61,551 nucleotides of DNA, filler included, from Ionaspis alba (GCA_964255285.1; 7 parts of 7 records of this genome joined end to end with filler, not necessarily neighbours in it), one strand, 5' to 3'. Shown: positions 23,751 through 35,263, counted from the first letter of the whole stretch. Notes: generated from the letters alone by a model not told the origin. A program made the numbers and translations.

Positions 23751-25831
23751 ATGACCGGAATAGAAATAGCTGGCCTAGTTCTTGGGGGATATCCTGTCCT
23801 TGTCTGGACCTGCGAGAAGTATAAAGACGTCTTCCGAGGCCTTGAGGGCTGGCGTGCCTTCCGCAGTCGGTTCGAAGACTTTACGCTCTCCCTCGAGACG
23901 CAGAGACTTTGCTACCGAGATGTGCTCAAGAGCCTTTTGTGCCTAGGCCCCAATCCATACCTCCAGAATATTGAAGAAGCTGGCGCATTCTTGAGCGATC
24001 CATACCACGAAGGATGGCGCAGCAATGAGCTGGCAGAGAACCTGAAAGACCGCCTGGGCGAAAGGTACGAGCCGTGCGTGGCCATTATAGACAAGCTCAA
24101 TGGTATCATGACGGAACTCTACCGACTCCTAGACATCCAACGCGGCCAGGTAAGCCCTTTCACGGTAGTTTCACAGCTTCGAGGAACTACTATACCTTAG
24201 GATGTGGATGCGAGCCCCAGTGGTGCCGCTACCGAGCAAGACTAACACGATCACATCAGATCGGCATCGACGAGGACCACCCTTCGAGCTGGTGGCAAGA
24301 GAAGCTTGATCGAACTAAGTTCAGCTTCTCCACGAAGAGATTCAAGAAACTTGCGCAACTCAAGACGCTCAACGAAGACCTCGAGCGGTTGATCCGTAAC
24401 AGCGACCAGCTTGACGTGCTACGAGCTACATCTAATCCTAGTGCTTTCACCACATTCTTTAAGAAGATCCGAGACAATGCAAGCGGCCTACATGCTGCTA
24501 TTAAAGCAGCATGGACGTGTGACTGTCAGTCGGCCCATCCGACAAGATTGCGCCTCGAAAACAGGATCCAGAATCAGGACCCACCGTTTATGTTGCGCTT
24601 CGATGATCCCAATGCCTCGAAAGCACGGAATATTAGGATTGAGGTTGCTGTGGTCTCCGTAGGGGACTTGGGCCAGACATCGTCCACAACCTCGAAGTCG
24701 GTATCGTTTGTAGCCAGCAGCGTGACCACTCCGGCTATCCCCGTTCGAGCATCATCTGGTCAGAGAAAGAAAGACTCATCGAACGGTAAGAGTATCACTT
24801 CTCAAAACTCGAACCAAGTAGATGTCAAGGGGAGCAAATATTCGAAATTCAGGTTCGTTCCGTTTCTCTCAAAGACCAACAAGGCCGCTGAGACATACTC
24901 GAGATCTGGAGAGATATGGATGTCTGTAAAAGCTTCTAGCTGATCAACTTGCAGTACCTTCTTCCACAAGTTTCAGTGGAATGGTTCCAAACCACCACCC
25001 AGCCAGATATCATCACGAATCCCAGTAGTGCCTCTAGCACATTGCTTCCCAGACCTGCCGAGGAATACCCATGGTGCTGCAATACTGCAACAAAAGAAAG
25101 TGGACGACCTCTGTCGAACCATGCGTTCCAATATAGGAAGTAAAATCTTCTACCTAGGTGACAACAGTCGCAATTATTACCTATCAGAGACCGGACCTAG
25201 CCATGCCGAGAACACAATTACCCTGCGAAGTCTGCTCGGAGAAGGTAAGCTCAGCAAGAGGCAACGAATTCTCATCGCTAGCATTCTCGCATCCTCCCTA
25301 CTCCAACTCCAAAAGACCCCGTGGTCCGCTAATGGCTGGCGCAAAGACCACATCTGGTTCACATATGACCAAGACAGCAGCCAGCTTTCCGAACAGCCGT
25401 ACATAACCCACTCATTCCCTTCAACACGCACCTCTCACCCAGACGGTCGTCGCCAACCCATGGGTGCCAAGCCCAAGAGCCCCTTCGAGACCGTCCTTAT
25501 CCAGTTCGGCATCCTGCTGCTGGAGCTGTGCTTCGACGAGACGATTGAGGCGCGGATGGCGCGGAAGAAGTGGCCCCTAGCTGGGGACACGGAGCACGCC
25601 AGCCCGCTAGAGTACGCGGCGGCGCTGGAGTGGAGCCGAGAGGTGCAGGACGAGTTTCCCGACCTCCAGACGCCGATCGAGCGGTGTCTGAAGGAGTCGT
25701 TTGGTGATCGGATCGACTGGGGGAACCCGCAATTCATACAGAAGGTGTATGCGAACCTTGCAAAACCGTTGCGAGAGACCTTGGTTCGCAATGGATGGTT
25801 GACGGAAAGGTCAATGGATGTATGGTTGTAA
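23751..25831 (+). CDS. Fungal protein with a HeLo-like N-terminal helical domain and a C-terminal degenerate kinase-C-lobe-like domain, 3 exons (23751-24149, 24260-24852, 24955-25831), ~622 aa
   Basis: Start MTGIEIAGLVLGGYPVLV...; W...LKDRLG; RTKFSF; WTCDCQSAH; C-terminal RILIASILASSLLQLQKTPW...WRKDHIWF...PYI...FGILLLELCF...IERCL...VYANLAKPL. Introns GTAAGC...CTAAC...CAG and GTTCGT...CTGAT...CAG are phase-compatible. Domain names are inferred from motif resemblance. Confidence 0.8.
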
Positions 25832-26360
25832 TGCGAGGGATTCTACCGAGCCTCCTAATGCATAAATTGAATATGATGTTTACAAGAAGCGGTATGATAT
25901 TACCTTGGCTCTTCCGGCGCTGATGATATGCTAGAAAGCCACGGCGCCTGTTTGTGTCGTATGATTTTCAGATATGGGAGGTAGGTAACAGCTCATGGAT
26001 TTTCTTAGTCCTGGACGGGGTTTCCAGTGTCAATGTTGCCTGTTCGACGCCGGTGATACAAAGTTACCAGAAGGCTCTAGTGAACGTTTCCCGGCGTTCA
26101 AGGGAAGGGTTAAATTTAACGGAGACCTCGGGTACGGCAAACTAGTTAGATATATACGTGTATGTAGATGTTTGTGAGAATATAGAAATTCAGTTTCGGA
26201 TTCTGGAGTTCCAACTTTGAATTGGCCATTTGATAATGCAAAATCTAGCTGATTTGGCGAGGTGATTATTCATGTTCCTCGCTAACTGTTGCCAGCAGCA
26301 ATTGACTTGAAGCTGGAGTAAGTACCTAAGGCTGTATCTCATGAAATTTCCGCTAAGAAA

Positions 26361-26460
26361 NNNNNNNNNNNNNNNNNNNNNNNNNNNNNNNNNNNNNNNN
26401 NNNNTTAATTAATTAANNNNNNNNNNNNNNNNNNNNNNNNNNNNNNNNNNNNNNNNNNNN
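26361..26460. other. Artificial contig spacer
   Basis: N44-TTAATTAATTAA-N44. Confidence 0.98.
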
Positions 26461-27111
26461 CCACCGCCTCAAACCCCCATCAGCAACACCCCTGACTCCA
26501 TCCTCCTCCCTCCTCTCCCTCCCCCAGCCCTCAAAGTCCTCACTCGCGCTCTCCACATCCGCCATCGCACGAGCTGTATACCTAGGCAGATAATCCATAG
26601 GCGAGGGAATCCTGAGCTCGAAACCCAACGTGAGCAGAAGATGCTGCTCAGCACGTACCAATGTGGCGCGGAGCGCAGGGTATAGAGGCGAAGAGGTAGT
26701 GACTGGCTGGGGTTTGCCATCTGCGGTTTCCCGGTCGCGATGAGTGGGAGCTGGGTGCAGGAGAGCCCAGGCGGGGAGGATGATGGAAGAGAGACGGCGG
26801 GGAGACTCGCTTGTTTTGCAGGCGAGGGAGAGGGTTGCTAGGGCGAGGGTCTGGAGCTTGGGTTAGCTGATGCGGAGCGCGGAGAGGGAGGGTGAGACGC
26901 ACGTACAGGTCGAGGGGAGAGGTGGTGGAGGAGGAGCGGAGGAAGCGAGTGTGTTTGTGTAGGTAAAGGTAGGAGAGGGCGAGGGTCTCGTCGGGTCTGG
27001 AATTGGTCAGTTGTGGTAAGTAGGGTGCTTTCTGGGGGAAGGGAGGTGTCACAAGCGGAGGATATCTGCCATTGCGTCTGTGAAGGCGATAGGGTCTTTA
27101 GGCTTCACCAT
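26461..27111 (-). CDS. Cyclin-fold protein (transcriptional cyclin-like), 3'-truncated by the contig end, with apparent frameshifts
   Basis: Pieces read MVKPKDPIAFTDAMADILRL|PDETLALSYLYLHK...|TLALATLSLACKTSESPRRL...LVRAEQHLLLTLGFELRIPSPMDYLPRY, matching cyclin-box motifs (ACK.E, E..LL..LGFEL). The frame changes between pieces. Confidence 0.7.
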
Positions 27112-27223
27112 TGTGGTTTTAACAGGGTTCAAATGCACTCAATGGTGACGTTGCTGCTGTTTCAGGACTCGTCGATGAGAAAGCAGAGCTCTCCGTTGTC
27201 TAAACCCTAAATCAACACCCCGC

Positions 27224-27235
27224 TAGACGCGTCTA
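27224..27235. promoter_or_regulatory. MCB-like element (ACGCGT) inside the 12-bp palindrome TAGACGCGTCTA, in a divergent promoter
   Basis: Lies in the ~220-nt gap between the cyclin-like and Nkp2-like start codons; a CACGTG occurs at 27248-27253. Confidence 0.5.
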
Positions 27236-27333
27236 AACGCCTTGGGACACGTGCGCTGACGAATCACCCTTCTTTCGGTTACCACCATCATTTAATCCCT
27301 CTCGCCACGCAACTCACCGATTCAATTCCCAGA

Positions 27334-27987
27334 ATGCCACTCACCGAATCTACCATCCTCACCACCTTCCTCCTTCCTCCCACCTCTCCCAAACATTCTC
27401 CCGCCAAAATACTCACCATCCTCTTCCCTTCCTTCGCTCCCACCTCCAGATCGCTTCTCTATACCGTGACTTGCAGCACCAACGTGCTCTCGCCATAGAT
27501 GAAGTGCGGCGGAATATTAAGGAAGAAGTGAGGCGTGGAGGGAGTATAATGCGGGATGTTGAGAGGGCGAGGAGAAGGGTTGAGAGGGTTGAGATGGATG
27601 AGGAATTGAGAAGGGATGGCGTGGTGGAGGACTTAGTACGTCTTCCTCTTCTGTTTGGACAGGGGGTTCAGGTGACGTTGATGAAGGAGTAGATGCATCT
27701 GGAGAATGTGGAAAGGGAAAGGCACGGGAAGGAGCATACGTTGGCGAGTGTCTTGCCCGCAATGGAAGAGGCGTGTAAGGAGCTGGGTGACGAGTTCGAG
27801 GAAGTGGAGAGGGAGACGGAGAGGATAGTGAAGGAGATGGAGGATATCGTTGGGGAGTTGAGTAATTTGAGATACGGGAGCTTTGTACCTGTGGCGGATG
27901 GGGAAGGGGGACCTGAGGGAGAGTGTTTTGGAGGCTTTGGATGGGTTGAGGAGGAGTTGTGAGAGGGTTGGAATCAGAGGTGGATGA
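27334..27987 (+). CDS. Cnl2/Nkp2-family kinetochore protein, with apparent frameshifts
   Basis: MPLTESTILTTFLLPP...LYRDLQHQRALAIDEVRRNIKEEVRRG...HTLASVLPAMEEACKEL...IVGELSNLRYGSF resembles fungal Nkp2/Cnl2. Several frame breaks; the end coordinate is approximate. Confidence 0.72.
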
Positions 27988-28264
27988 GCACGAGGTCGAA
28001 CAGAATTTTTATTTGGTACTATCTACTCTAGTAGTGTACGTACATGACTCCCCTGGATGTTATGGACATGAGCAGATTTCTATGGGAAACAGCCTCCATT
28101 TCTCCGTTGATTCTTCGAATGCTCTCGTCCCAGATCATGCACGCTTTCATCCCAAAGGGTATCACAGTCATCCCAAGCGTCATCGAAATTCATCCTAGAG
28201 GGTATCATGCCTCTACGCCGCTTCCTTTCTCAAATCCAGCTGCCTTGTGTGAATCATAAAGTAT

Positions 28265-31200
28265 TCAATCGTTCATCACTTCGTCCGCAAAGGTGACAGT
28301 TCTCTTCTTCTTCGCGCGTTCATCTGTGCTATTGACGGCAGACGGCTCATTGTCGACAAGCCTCTTCTCAGACGGTCGGTGCGAGAGTTTGGTCATCCTC
28401 TCCGCAAGGATCTCGGAGTCTGAAACCCGACTGCCGTATCCTATGATCGTCTCCAGAGGGACAATACGGTCATTGCGGAGGACGCGAAAGCGTTGCAGCT
28501 TGCCGTTGAAATCGTACAAGGGAAGAGGAGTAGCGAGTCGGGCCATCTGGTTCTGTTCCGCAAGCAATTCCTCAGACGATAAAGGAATGAACTGTGCAGC
28601 CTTGATGACTCCGTTCATGGTGTTATCATCTAAAGGACTCTTTGATGCCTGTCGCTGCTCTGAGCTTGTCATCGTTTTCCTCCTCTGCATCATATGATCT
28701 TCAAGCGTGTCTTTCAGGACAACTGTCTCGACATAAACAGGTCTTGTCTGACCAATTCGATGAGCACGTTTTATTGCCTGCGCCTCGATGCTGGGTTGCC
28801 AAACAGGGGCCACGAAGAAAATGCGAGAAGCTGTAGCGATGTGAAGACCACGCGCAGCCTGACGAAGATCCATTAGTAAGACTCGGACTGTGGCATCTGT
28901 ACGAAATTTTGTGACATATTCGTCCCGGCGTGCCTGCTGTAGTTTGTTTGTGTAAATAAGGTACTGTACATTGATGTAGTCAAGTGTTTCCGCGATGTAG
29001 AAAGCGATATGATCTCCTTCATAGAAGACCAGAATCTTCTCGTCTTCCTGCAGAACCATGATGCGATCGAGCAAGTAGCTCAATTTTGCAGATGCTGTGC
29101 CCGTCAGGTCGACGCCTGGAAGTTGCTGTACCGACGACTCGATCTCTGAGCCAATCGCAGATTTGTAGGCCAGAACTGGCCGCTTTTTCGAGTCTCTCCA
29201 GTGGTAGTACTGATGCGATGCTATTGTTTTCGATGGTAGATGGTGGAAGAACTCTCTGTCTGGAAAGTTCTCAACATACATTCCCATCTCATTTCGTTGA
29301 GTGAAGTCTCTCCAAGCAGCAGAGCTGAGAAGAGTCAATCCCATATCGATGACACTTTGGAGCAAAGCCCGGTCTTCTTCACTGGCACCAGTACCTTGCT
29401 TTAGGAGGTAATCTCGACTGACTTTCATGCATGATTCTACTTCCTCGATTGAAAATCCTGTCCAAAGATAGAAACTCGACTGTCTAAGATTGTTGAACAA
29501 CTTGTCGAGTGGCGCGCGATTGGCTTGATGAAAGATGTAATCCCGATCCACTCGTTCAGAAGTGACCGCATTTGCTGTCAAGACCATGACAAACAAGTTG
29601 AGGGAGAGCTTGTCGAAGAAGCATGGATCCAGATAGACGACACGGTTGTGTAGCGGCGGTAAGACGAGATCCATTTCAATATCCGGCATCTGATGGCGGA
29701 CCACAAGACCTTCCAATGTGGACCTTAGCGAAGCTGCCTTCCTTTTGCCCTTGTTATCGGGCATCATGTATCTGTTCCATATCGCACCATCATCGCCTGT
29801 TCTGAAATTTGCCCATGGTTTAACCCCAAGAAAATTGACTGCGATATTACCAAGGTTCTCTATATCTTTGCGTTCCTGCTCCAAGGCAACATCAGTCTTT
29901 CGCCTTTCCAGAACTCCGTCGATTGGCTGTCCATCTACGATTGGAGAAGTCCCAGTCTCATCGGCTGCAAGCTCCACATCCGCGCCGATAAGCCCTCCCG
30001 AAGGAGTACCACTGACGATCCATTTACGATCGAAACGTAGTGCCTGGAGGTATCTTGAAGTTCGGGTGGTGCCGGACGACACAAAGTTATGTCCTTCATC
30101 GACGATGAGCCTGAGAAAATGGCAATTATCGCTCCTGAAAAGATGCTCTGAATCATTACCAGATTTAGATCTGGAACGACGCGACATCTCCATCTCAAAA
30201 CGTGGCTTAGAAACCAAGACCACATCACATTTCTTCAGCTCAGGGATTTCTGGAAATGGCTGGGAATCAGATTCGATAATGGTGACATGAAGGCAGCCTG
30301 TTTCAAGGTGGGCTGAGAGCTCATGCTTCCACTGCGACAACAGATTGGTGGGCACGATGATCAATGTTGTTGAAATCAGGTGGACCTTCCTTTTCGCGGC
30401 AATCCGGCGTGCGTTCATCGATCTCGTCATTGAAATGCTTATGGTGCTTGGTTCTTCGTAGTAGAAACCGGTAGTATCTTCTAGTAATTTGACACACCTA
30501 CCATAATCTTCACCTTGATCAGATAGGACTCGAAAGTATGGCTTCCAAAGGACTCTATATCGACCGATGGTGGTTGCTGCCAGCTCGGCCAATGATGGGA
30601 TAACATGAGCACTGCGGATATCAGCAAACAATCCGTGGGGCCCTTCAGGCAAATAGCCCTTTGTCTGTAGCACTACTGCTAGGCATATCAGAGTTTTCCC
30701 ATATCCCATAGTCTCCGCCAAGATGCCTCCTTTCGCCTCCTCATAGCTACACGGCGTAGCGTAGGCCAAGCGGGCGACTCGATCCAAGTAGATGTAGCAT
30801 CCTGTTGGACCTTTCAGCGCTTCTACCCGAGGATCGAGGATCCGGGCTGGATTAGACTCTCTCTGGATCATCATTGCTGCCGAGCGCTGCTGATAAGGGT
30901 AAAGCTTTGTCTTCAGACCTGGAATTGAGAGAGAGCCGGCTAAGAGACCTTCAATCCTATCCCTAGTCATATCTTCACTGATAGCGGTGGGATCCGGACG
31001 AGGTGACCTGAGTGAATTGAAGATAAAGAACAGGGAGTCGTCTTCCGCCTGCTTCCTTTTGTAGCGCTTTGGCTTTTGAAACCAATACGCATTTCCTTCC
31101 CAGGCTTCATTGGATTTGTCAACTTGTTGGAGGATTTTGATCATAGATCCCCGTGCCTTCCTACGGTCTCGATGCAGAAACGACTGAGAAACATCGTCCG

Positions 31201-31873
31201 GGAGTAAGTAGATCCTCATTGTCTCCGCACAGGTGTCTGTGTCTGTATTGTTTTCCCCAATGAAGGTACGAATCCATCCAGATTGTAGAAGAGTATTGAC
31301 TTCACAGAAAAGAGGATGGTTCGTAGGTAAATGGTGTGAGAACGAATCAACTTCGACCCACTGGGCCGTGGGATGCGTTCCGGAGGCTCTGAGGTATGTA
31401 ATGCTTCCCAAGGGAGCATAGTGTTCCAGGGACGGTTTCTTGAAATTTTGGCTATTGGTGATCCCCTGCTTAACCTTGTGGTGCGCTGGCATGGGCTCGA
31501 GTAAGTCTGTCTCTAGCTCGGCATGCAGGCCACGAGGCCATTCGGGTATTGGTTGCGTGGCATCCGGAGTAGGCCTAGCTCTCGGGAAGTCAAGTACAGA
31601 CAAACTATCAGGTGTGGTTCTTCGAAAATCAACTACAGACGAAGTGGTAGGTCCGGCTCTTGGACAATCAAGTGCAGATGAAGGGTTCCGAGGCCCAATT
31701 TGGAGTTTCTTGAAAGGTTCTGACTCTGACATTGACGCCGCAGGGTTCCTTGTGCCAGGATCCAGCGGCTGGAGATCATTTTCTTGCTGGGATTCGACCG
31801 AGGAGGACACGTGATGTTCGACGTTCTTCACTTCTCCTGGATCCCAGCTTGAGTTTATCGTGGACCACGACAT
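28265..31873 (-). CDS. SNF2-family (Rad5/Rad16-like) helicase/ATPase, single long ORF of 1202 aa
   Basis: LYPYQ, GGILAETMGYGKT (motif I), TLIIVPTNLLSQWKHE, RLIVDEGH (motif II), WIVSGTP (motif III), C-terminal helicase motifs SAKLSYL, GLHIATASRIFF, QAIKRAHRIGQTRPV. Confidence 0.92.
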   Translation of the reverse strand: MSWSTINSSWDPGEVKNVEHHVSSSVESQQENDLQPLDPGTRNPAASMSESEPFKKLQIGPRNPSSALDCPRAGPTTSSVVDFRRTTPDSLSVLDFPRARPTPDATQPIPEWPRGLHAELETDLLEPMPAHHKVKQGITNSQNFKKPSLEHYAPLGSITYLRASGTHPTAQWVEVDSFSHHLPTNHPLFCEVNTLLQSGWIRTFIGENNTDTDTCAETMRIYLLPDDVSQSFLHRDRRKARGSMIKILQQVDKSNEAWEGNAYWFQKPKRYKRKQAEDDSLFFIFNSLRSPRPDPTAISEDMTRDRIEGLLAGSLSIPGLKTKLYPYQQRSAAMMIQRESNPARILDPRVEALKGPTGCYIYLDRVARLAYATPCSYEEAKGGILAETMGYGKTLICLAVVLQTKGYLPEGPHGLFADIRSAHVIPSLAELAATTIGRYRVLWKPYFRVLSDQGEDYGRCVKLLEDTTGFYYEEPSTISISMTRSMNARRIAAKRKVHLISTTLIIVPTNLLSQWKHELSAHLETGCLHVTIIESDSQPFPEIPELKKCDVVLVSKPRFEMEMSRRSRSKSGNDSEHLFRSDNCHFLRLIVDEGHNFVSSGTTRTSRYLQALRFDRKWIVSGTPSGGLIGADVELAADETGTSPIVDGQPIDGVLERRKTDVALEQERKDIENLGNIAVNFLGVKPWANFRTGDDGAIWNRYMMPDNKGKRKAASLRSTLEGLVVRHQMPDIEMDLVLPPLHNRVVYLDPCFFDKLSLNLFVMVLTANAVTSERVDRDYIFHQANRAPLDKLFNNLRQSSFYLWTGFSIEEVESCMKVSRDYLLKQGTGASEEDRALLQSVIDMGLTLLSSAAWRDFTQRNEMGMYVENFPDREFFHHLPSKTIASHQYYHWRDSKKRPVLAYKSAIGSEIESSVQQLPGVDLTGTASAKLSYLLDRIMVLQEDEKILVFYEGDHIAFYIAETLDYINVQYLIYTNKLQQARRDEYVTKFRTDATVRVLLMDLRQAARGLHIATASRIFFVAPVWQPSIEAQAIKRAHRIGQTRPVYVETVVLKDTLEDHMMQRRKTMTSSEQRQASKSPLDDNTMNGVIKAAQFIPLSSEELLAEQNQMARLATPLPLYDFNGKLQRFRVLRNDRIVPLETIIGYGSRVSDSEILAERMTKLSHRPSEKRLVDNEPSAVNSTDERAKKKRTVTFADEVMND

Positions 31874-32241
31874 CGAGGCCCAAGTCTAGGCGTCACGAGC
31901 ACAGTATCTCAGAGAGGCATCGGGAGCCTTCGTCAAATAAACCAAACCTCAACTATCGAGGCTGAAAGGTAGAGTAAGTGGTGACAGGCAGACGTCGAGG
32001 ATGAGATCCTGGCGTTATTGTAGAACTCGTTTAACACTCCCGATTAGGAATCGCTCCCGCTCCGTAGCGCGACGAGAACCCTCGCGTCGTGTTGTGGACT
32101 CTACAGCACTTCATAGTCGCTCGTTCCTTCCTTGTCAGTACTGTTCCTCTCGAAGATGATATCCCCTGAATTGCTGTTAAACTTGCTAAACACCCTGTAG
32201 TCCTACATACCTTGCTTTGCTCAAACCCTTCACAGCCAGTC

Positions 32242-34549
32242 ATGGCTCCAAGTGCTCAATCAACCCAGCAGACCTACGTCAAAGACGAAAGGGTGCTTTG
32301 CTTCCACCATGAGCTCCTGTATGAAGCCAAAATACTGGACTCCAAACTGGCAGATCCAAATGACAAGAAGAGCCAGATGTTATATCGCGTGCACTACAAA
32401 GGCTGGAAGAACACGTGAGTTGACTTTGCCTTTTTGTATTGGACACTCTTTGTTCTTCAAGATTATCCTCCATATCTAGCCTGTCTGGTTACGCCAAGAT
32501 AGGGGCTTGTCCTTTACCTATTAAGTGTTAGTGCACGTCTGTTACATCATGTTGCGCTTGAACTTCATCTCCATCTTCTGTGGTCTTGTGTAAAACAGGT
32601 TTCTATGTCATGCTGCTTGCTGAGACCATACCACTGTGTCCATGTTTCGCTGCTTTTGCTGCAGACGTTTCCTTGAGTCGTCAGGGTCATTCAGATACTC
32701 ATTGACATATTGAGATTCACGACACATTAATCGGAAAGAAAGCCCCTTGAACAGCCTCTTGCTTTTGTTCTTCTGCTAGTACTGCCCATGAATGAAATAG
32801 AAATGCAGAGTGGACAGAGCTCATAGAACGATCAGCTGACATTGAGTCACTAATCTGGTAGATGGGATGACTGGGTCAACGGCGACCGTGTGCGTAAACT
32901 AAACGACGAGAACAAAGAGCTGGCGCAGACATTGAAAAAAGATTCTGATCTGCAGCGGCGGCCTGCAGCGCCAAAGAGTGCCAGCAATAAGAAGAAAGCA
33001 GGAGGCTCTGACCGGAGCTCCAACCGCGGTAGCGAAGAGAGGCAGTCCTCTCTACCTGCAGGAGGACGTGGACAGAAGCGTGGGAGGGATTATGAGCTTG
33101 AAAAGGTTTGTAGCAATTCTTCTATAAGGTTTTCATCTCCTTTACCAGAAATGGAACCTATATTCCCGGGATTAGTATCACGGCCATACGGAAAGGACAC
33201 GTCCAACCAGGTCATGGAAGGTGAGGTGGAGCCTACCGCAGAAGCAATTGAACCTCCCGTTCCAGTTCCAGCTAGTGGCGAGAACTGCAACCCAAGTATG
33301 TTCTGGGAGCGCCAAGCCCCGAAGATTGCCTTCCCCGAAGTTGTTATCACTTCATCACGAATCCTTCGTAGCAGAAAGCCAAAAGTCAAGGAACGTGCAA
33401 GGCAAGGTAGCGTCGCGGTGTCTAGTCGACACTGGACTAGACCTGCTTCGAGGAAAGGTCTGGCTACTGAAACTGTGGATGAAATTCTCGCTAGGAGTCC
33501 TCCACCTGAGCGCCCCGTCATTCTAGAGTCGGGTTGGCTCACAGAATACCCTGACTATCCTGCCCTAGCGACTGCTTTCAAACAAGACAACATCCATCCC
33601 CAACTGAAGACCCTTAACATTCACGATCCGGGTAACATAGCCAAACGCCACTTCTTCCAAGGCCAAGATCCAAAGGCCAAGTTGATGATCGCTGGTGTTC
33701 CAAGAGACGGTGGACTACATCCTATACGATCCGAACCTTCCAAAACATCCAAAAGTGCCAAAATGCCCGGCTTTCCTATTCGTCAGCCCCAGCCGGTGAC
33801 TGAAGGACACCCTTCAGTGGAAATCGCAACCGCGGTTTTACAGGATATGTATGAAGCAGCTATTGACGATGACAATCAGGAAGAAACGTTCCTCGGCCGC
33901 CCTTCGATCAGCATCCCATGCCCCGACCACCTCAAATCAATCCTCGTCGACGATTGGGAGAATGTCACCAAGAACCTCCTTCTGGTCCCTCTCCCTTCCA
34001 AGACCCCAGCTAACAAGATTCTCGATACTTACTACGAAGAAGAAAAGGTGAAACGTCGTCCTGGCTCTGCAGAGGCAGATCTACTCGACGAGGTGGTCGC
34101 GGGTGTCAAAGATTACTTCGAGAACGCACTCGGCCGCATCTTGCTCTATCGTTTCGAACGCGAACAGTATCACGAGGTTCGCCAGTTGTGGGAAGGAGCC
34201 GTTGGTGGAGAATGGGAGGGTAAGGGACCAGGTGATGTGTACGGCGCGGAACATATGGCCCGGCTTTTTGGTACGTCAATCACAGTCTCTGTCGCCCGCT
34301 TTGTATCACAGCCTGAAAAGAAGCTTTGACGGGTGCTCGAAAGAAGCTGACGTTCCCCTCCTTCTCAACCATCTAGTCTCATTACCCGGCCTCGTCGCTC
34401 AGACAAACATGGACCAGCAATCAGTCAATCGTATGCGCGAAGAGCTCACCAAGATGACTCAGTGGCTCGCTCGCAACTCTGACAAATACTTCACTGCTGA
34501 GTACGAGGCTGCGTCTCAGGAGTACATTGAGAAAGCACGTGGTGTCTAG
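32242..34549 (+). CDS. EAF3: Chromodomain-MRG protein Eaf3 (NuA4/Rpd3S subunit); exons 32242-32414, 32862-33105, 33880-34270, 34377-34549 (326 aa spliced form)
   Basis: Chromodomain ERVLCFHHELLYEAKI...YRVHYKGWKNT|WDDWV; MRG domain PDHLKSILVDDWENVTKN...LGRILLYRFEREQY...VYGAEHMARLF|VSLPGLVAQTNMDQQSV. Confidence 0.95.
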
Positions 34550-35163
34550 CTCGACCATACACGGTTTCTGTGGGACCTCATCTCAGCCACAATATGAAGT
34601 CACGTGCTAATTGTGAAAGGGCTACCAACGAGTGCTTACTACGTTGCTCGCAATGAAATCTTTGAGGAGAGATGGAAATTGGGCAGGAGAGCCAAGTGGA
34701 TATGATGAAATTCTCTCGTGGCTATTCGATCTAGCTTGGCATTGCGTTGCATTGCAATGCGACTGTATTGCGGCTGGAATAGATCCTGCATGAAGTAAAG
34801 TGAGAGAGGCTCACTCAGGGCGGAGATCTCAGTAATTCCCAGCATGATGCTTTCTCTTAGCTAGCTCACAAGAATTCGATCTTCTCCTTACTCCTGCTCT
34901 CATCGAAGTCCTCTCGCGTCAGAACACAACCTGAGTCTTCGTTCGCTAACCAAAAGCCACCAATCCAACTTCCCATGCACGAGCACCCAACCCTCACCCT
35001 GCAACTACCCAAACCTTTAAAAGCTCCCAACAACCCTCCTCCCATCCTCCACCGCCACCCTGGCCACCCTCTTTACAAACCCTCTCTCCTCCCCCTCCCT
35101 CCAAGGCGTCCAGCTTCCCAATCCTTCCAGCTCCGGTAACCTCAACCCTTCAAACCCCTCTCT

Positions 35164-35263
35164 NNNNNNNNNNNNNNNNNNNNNNNNNNNNNNNNNNNNN
35201 NNNNNNNTTAATTAATTAANNNNNNNNNNNNNNNNNNNNNNNNNNNNNNNNNNNNNNNNNNNN
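35164..35263. other. Artificial contig spacer
   Basis: N44-TTAATTAATTAA-N44. Confidence 0.98.

Noticed and set aside
28140..28210. Imperfect 19-nt direct repeat (ttcatccYaRagggtatca) between convergent genes
   Set aside because: Only two short copies in a UTR region, with no evidence of function.
33090..33542. 150-aa antisense ORF within the EAF3 intron
   Set aside because: Probably a shadow of the open sense frame; non-ATG start and no motifs.
34850..35163. C-rich promoter-like stretch apparently upstream of the deaminase-like gene
   Set aside because: Separated from that gene by an artificial spacer, so it belongs to a different contig.
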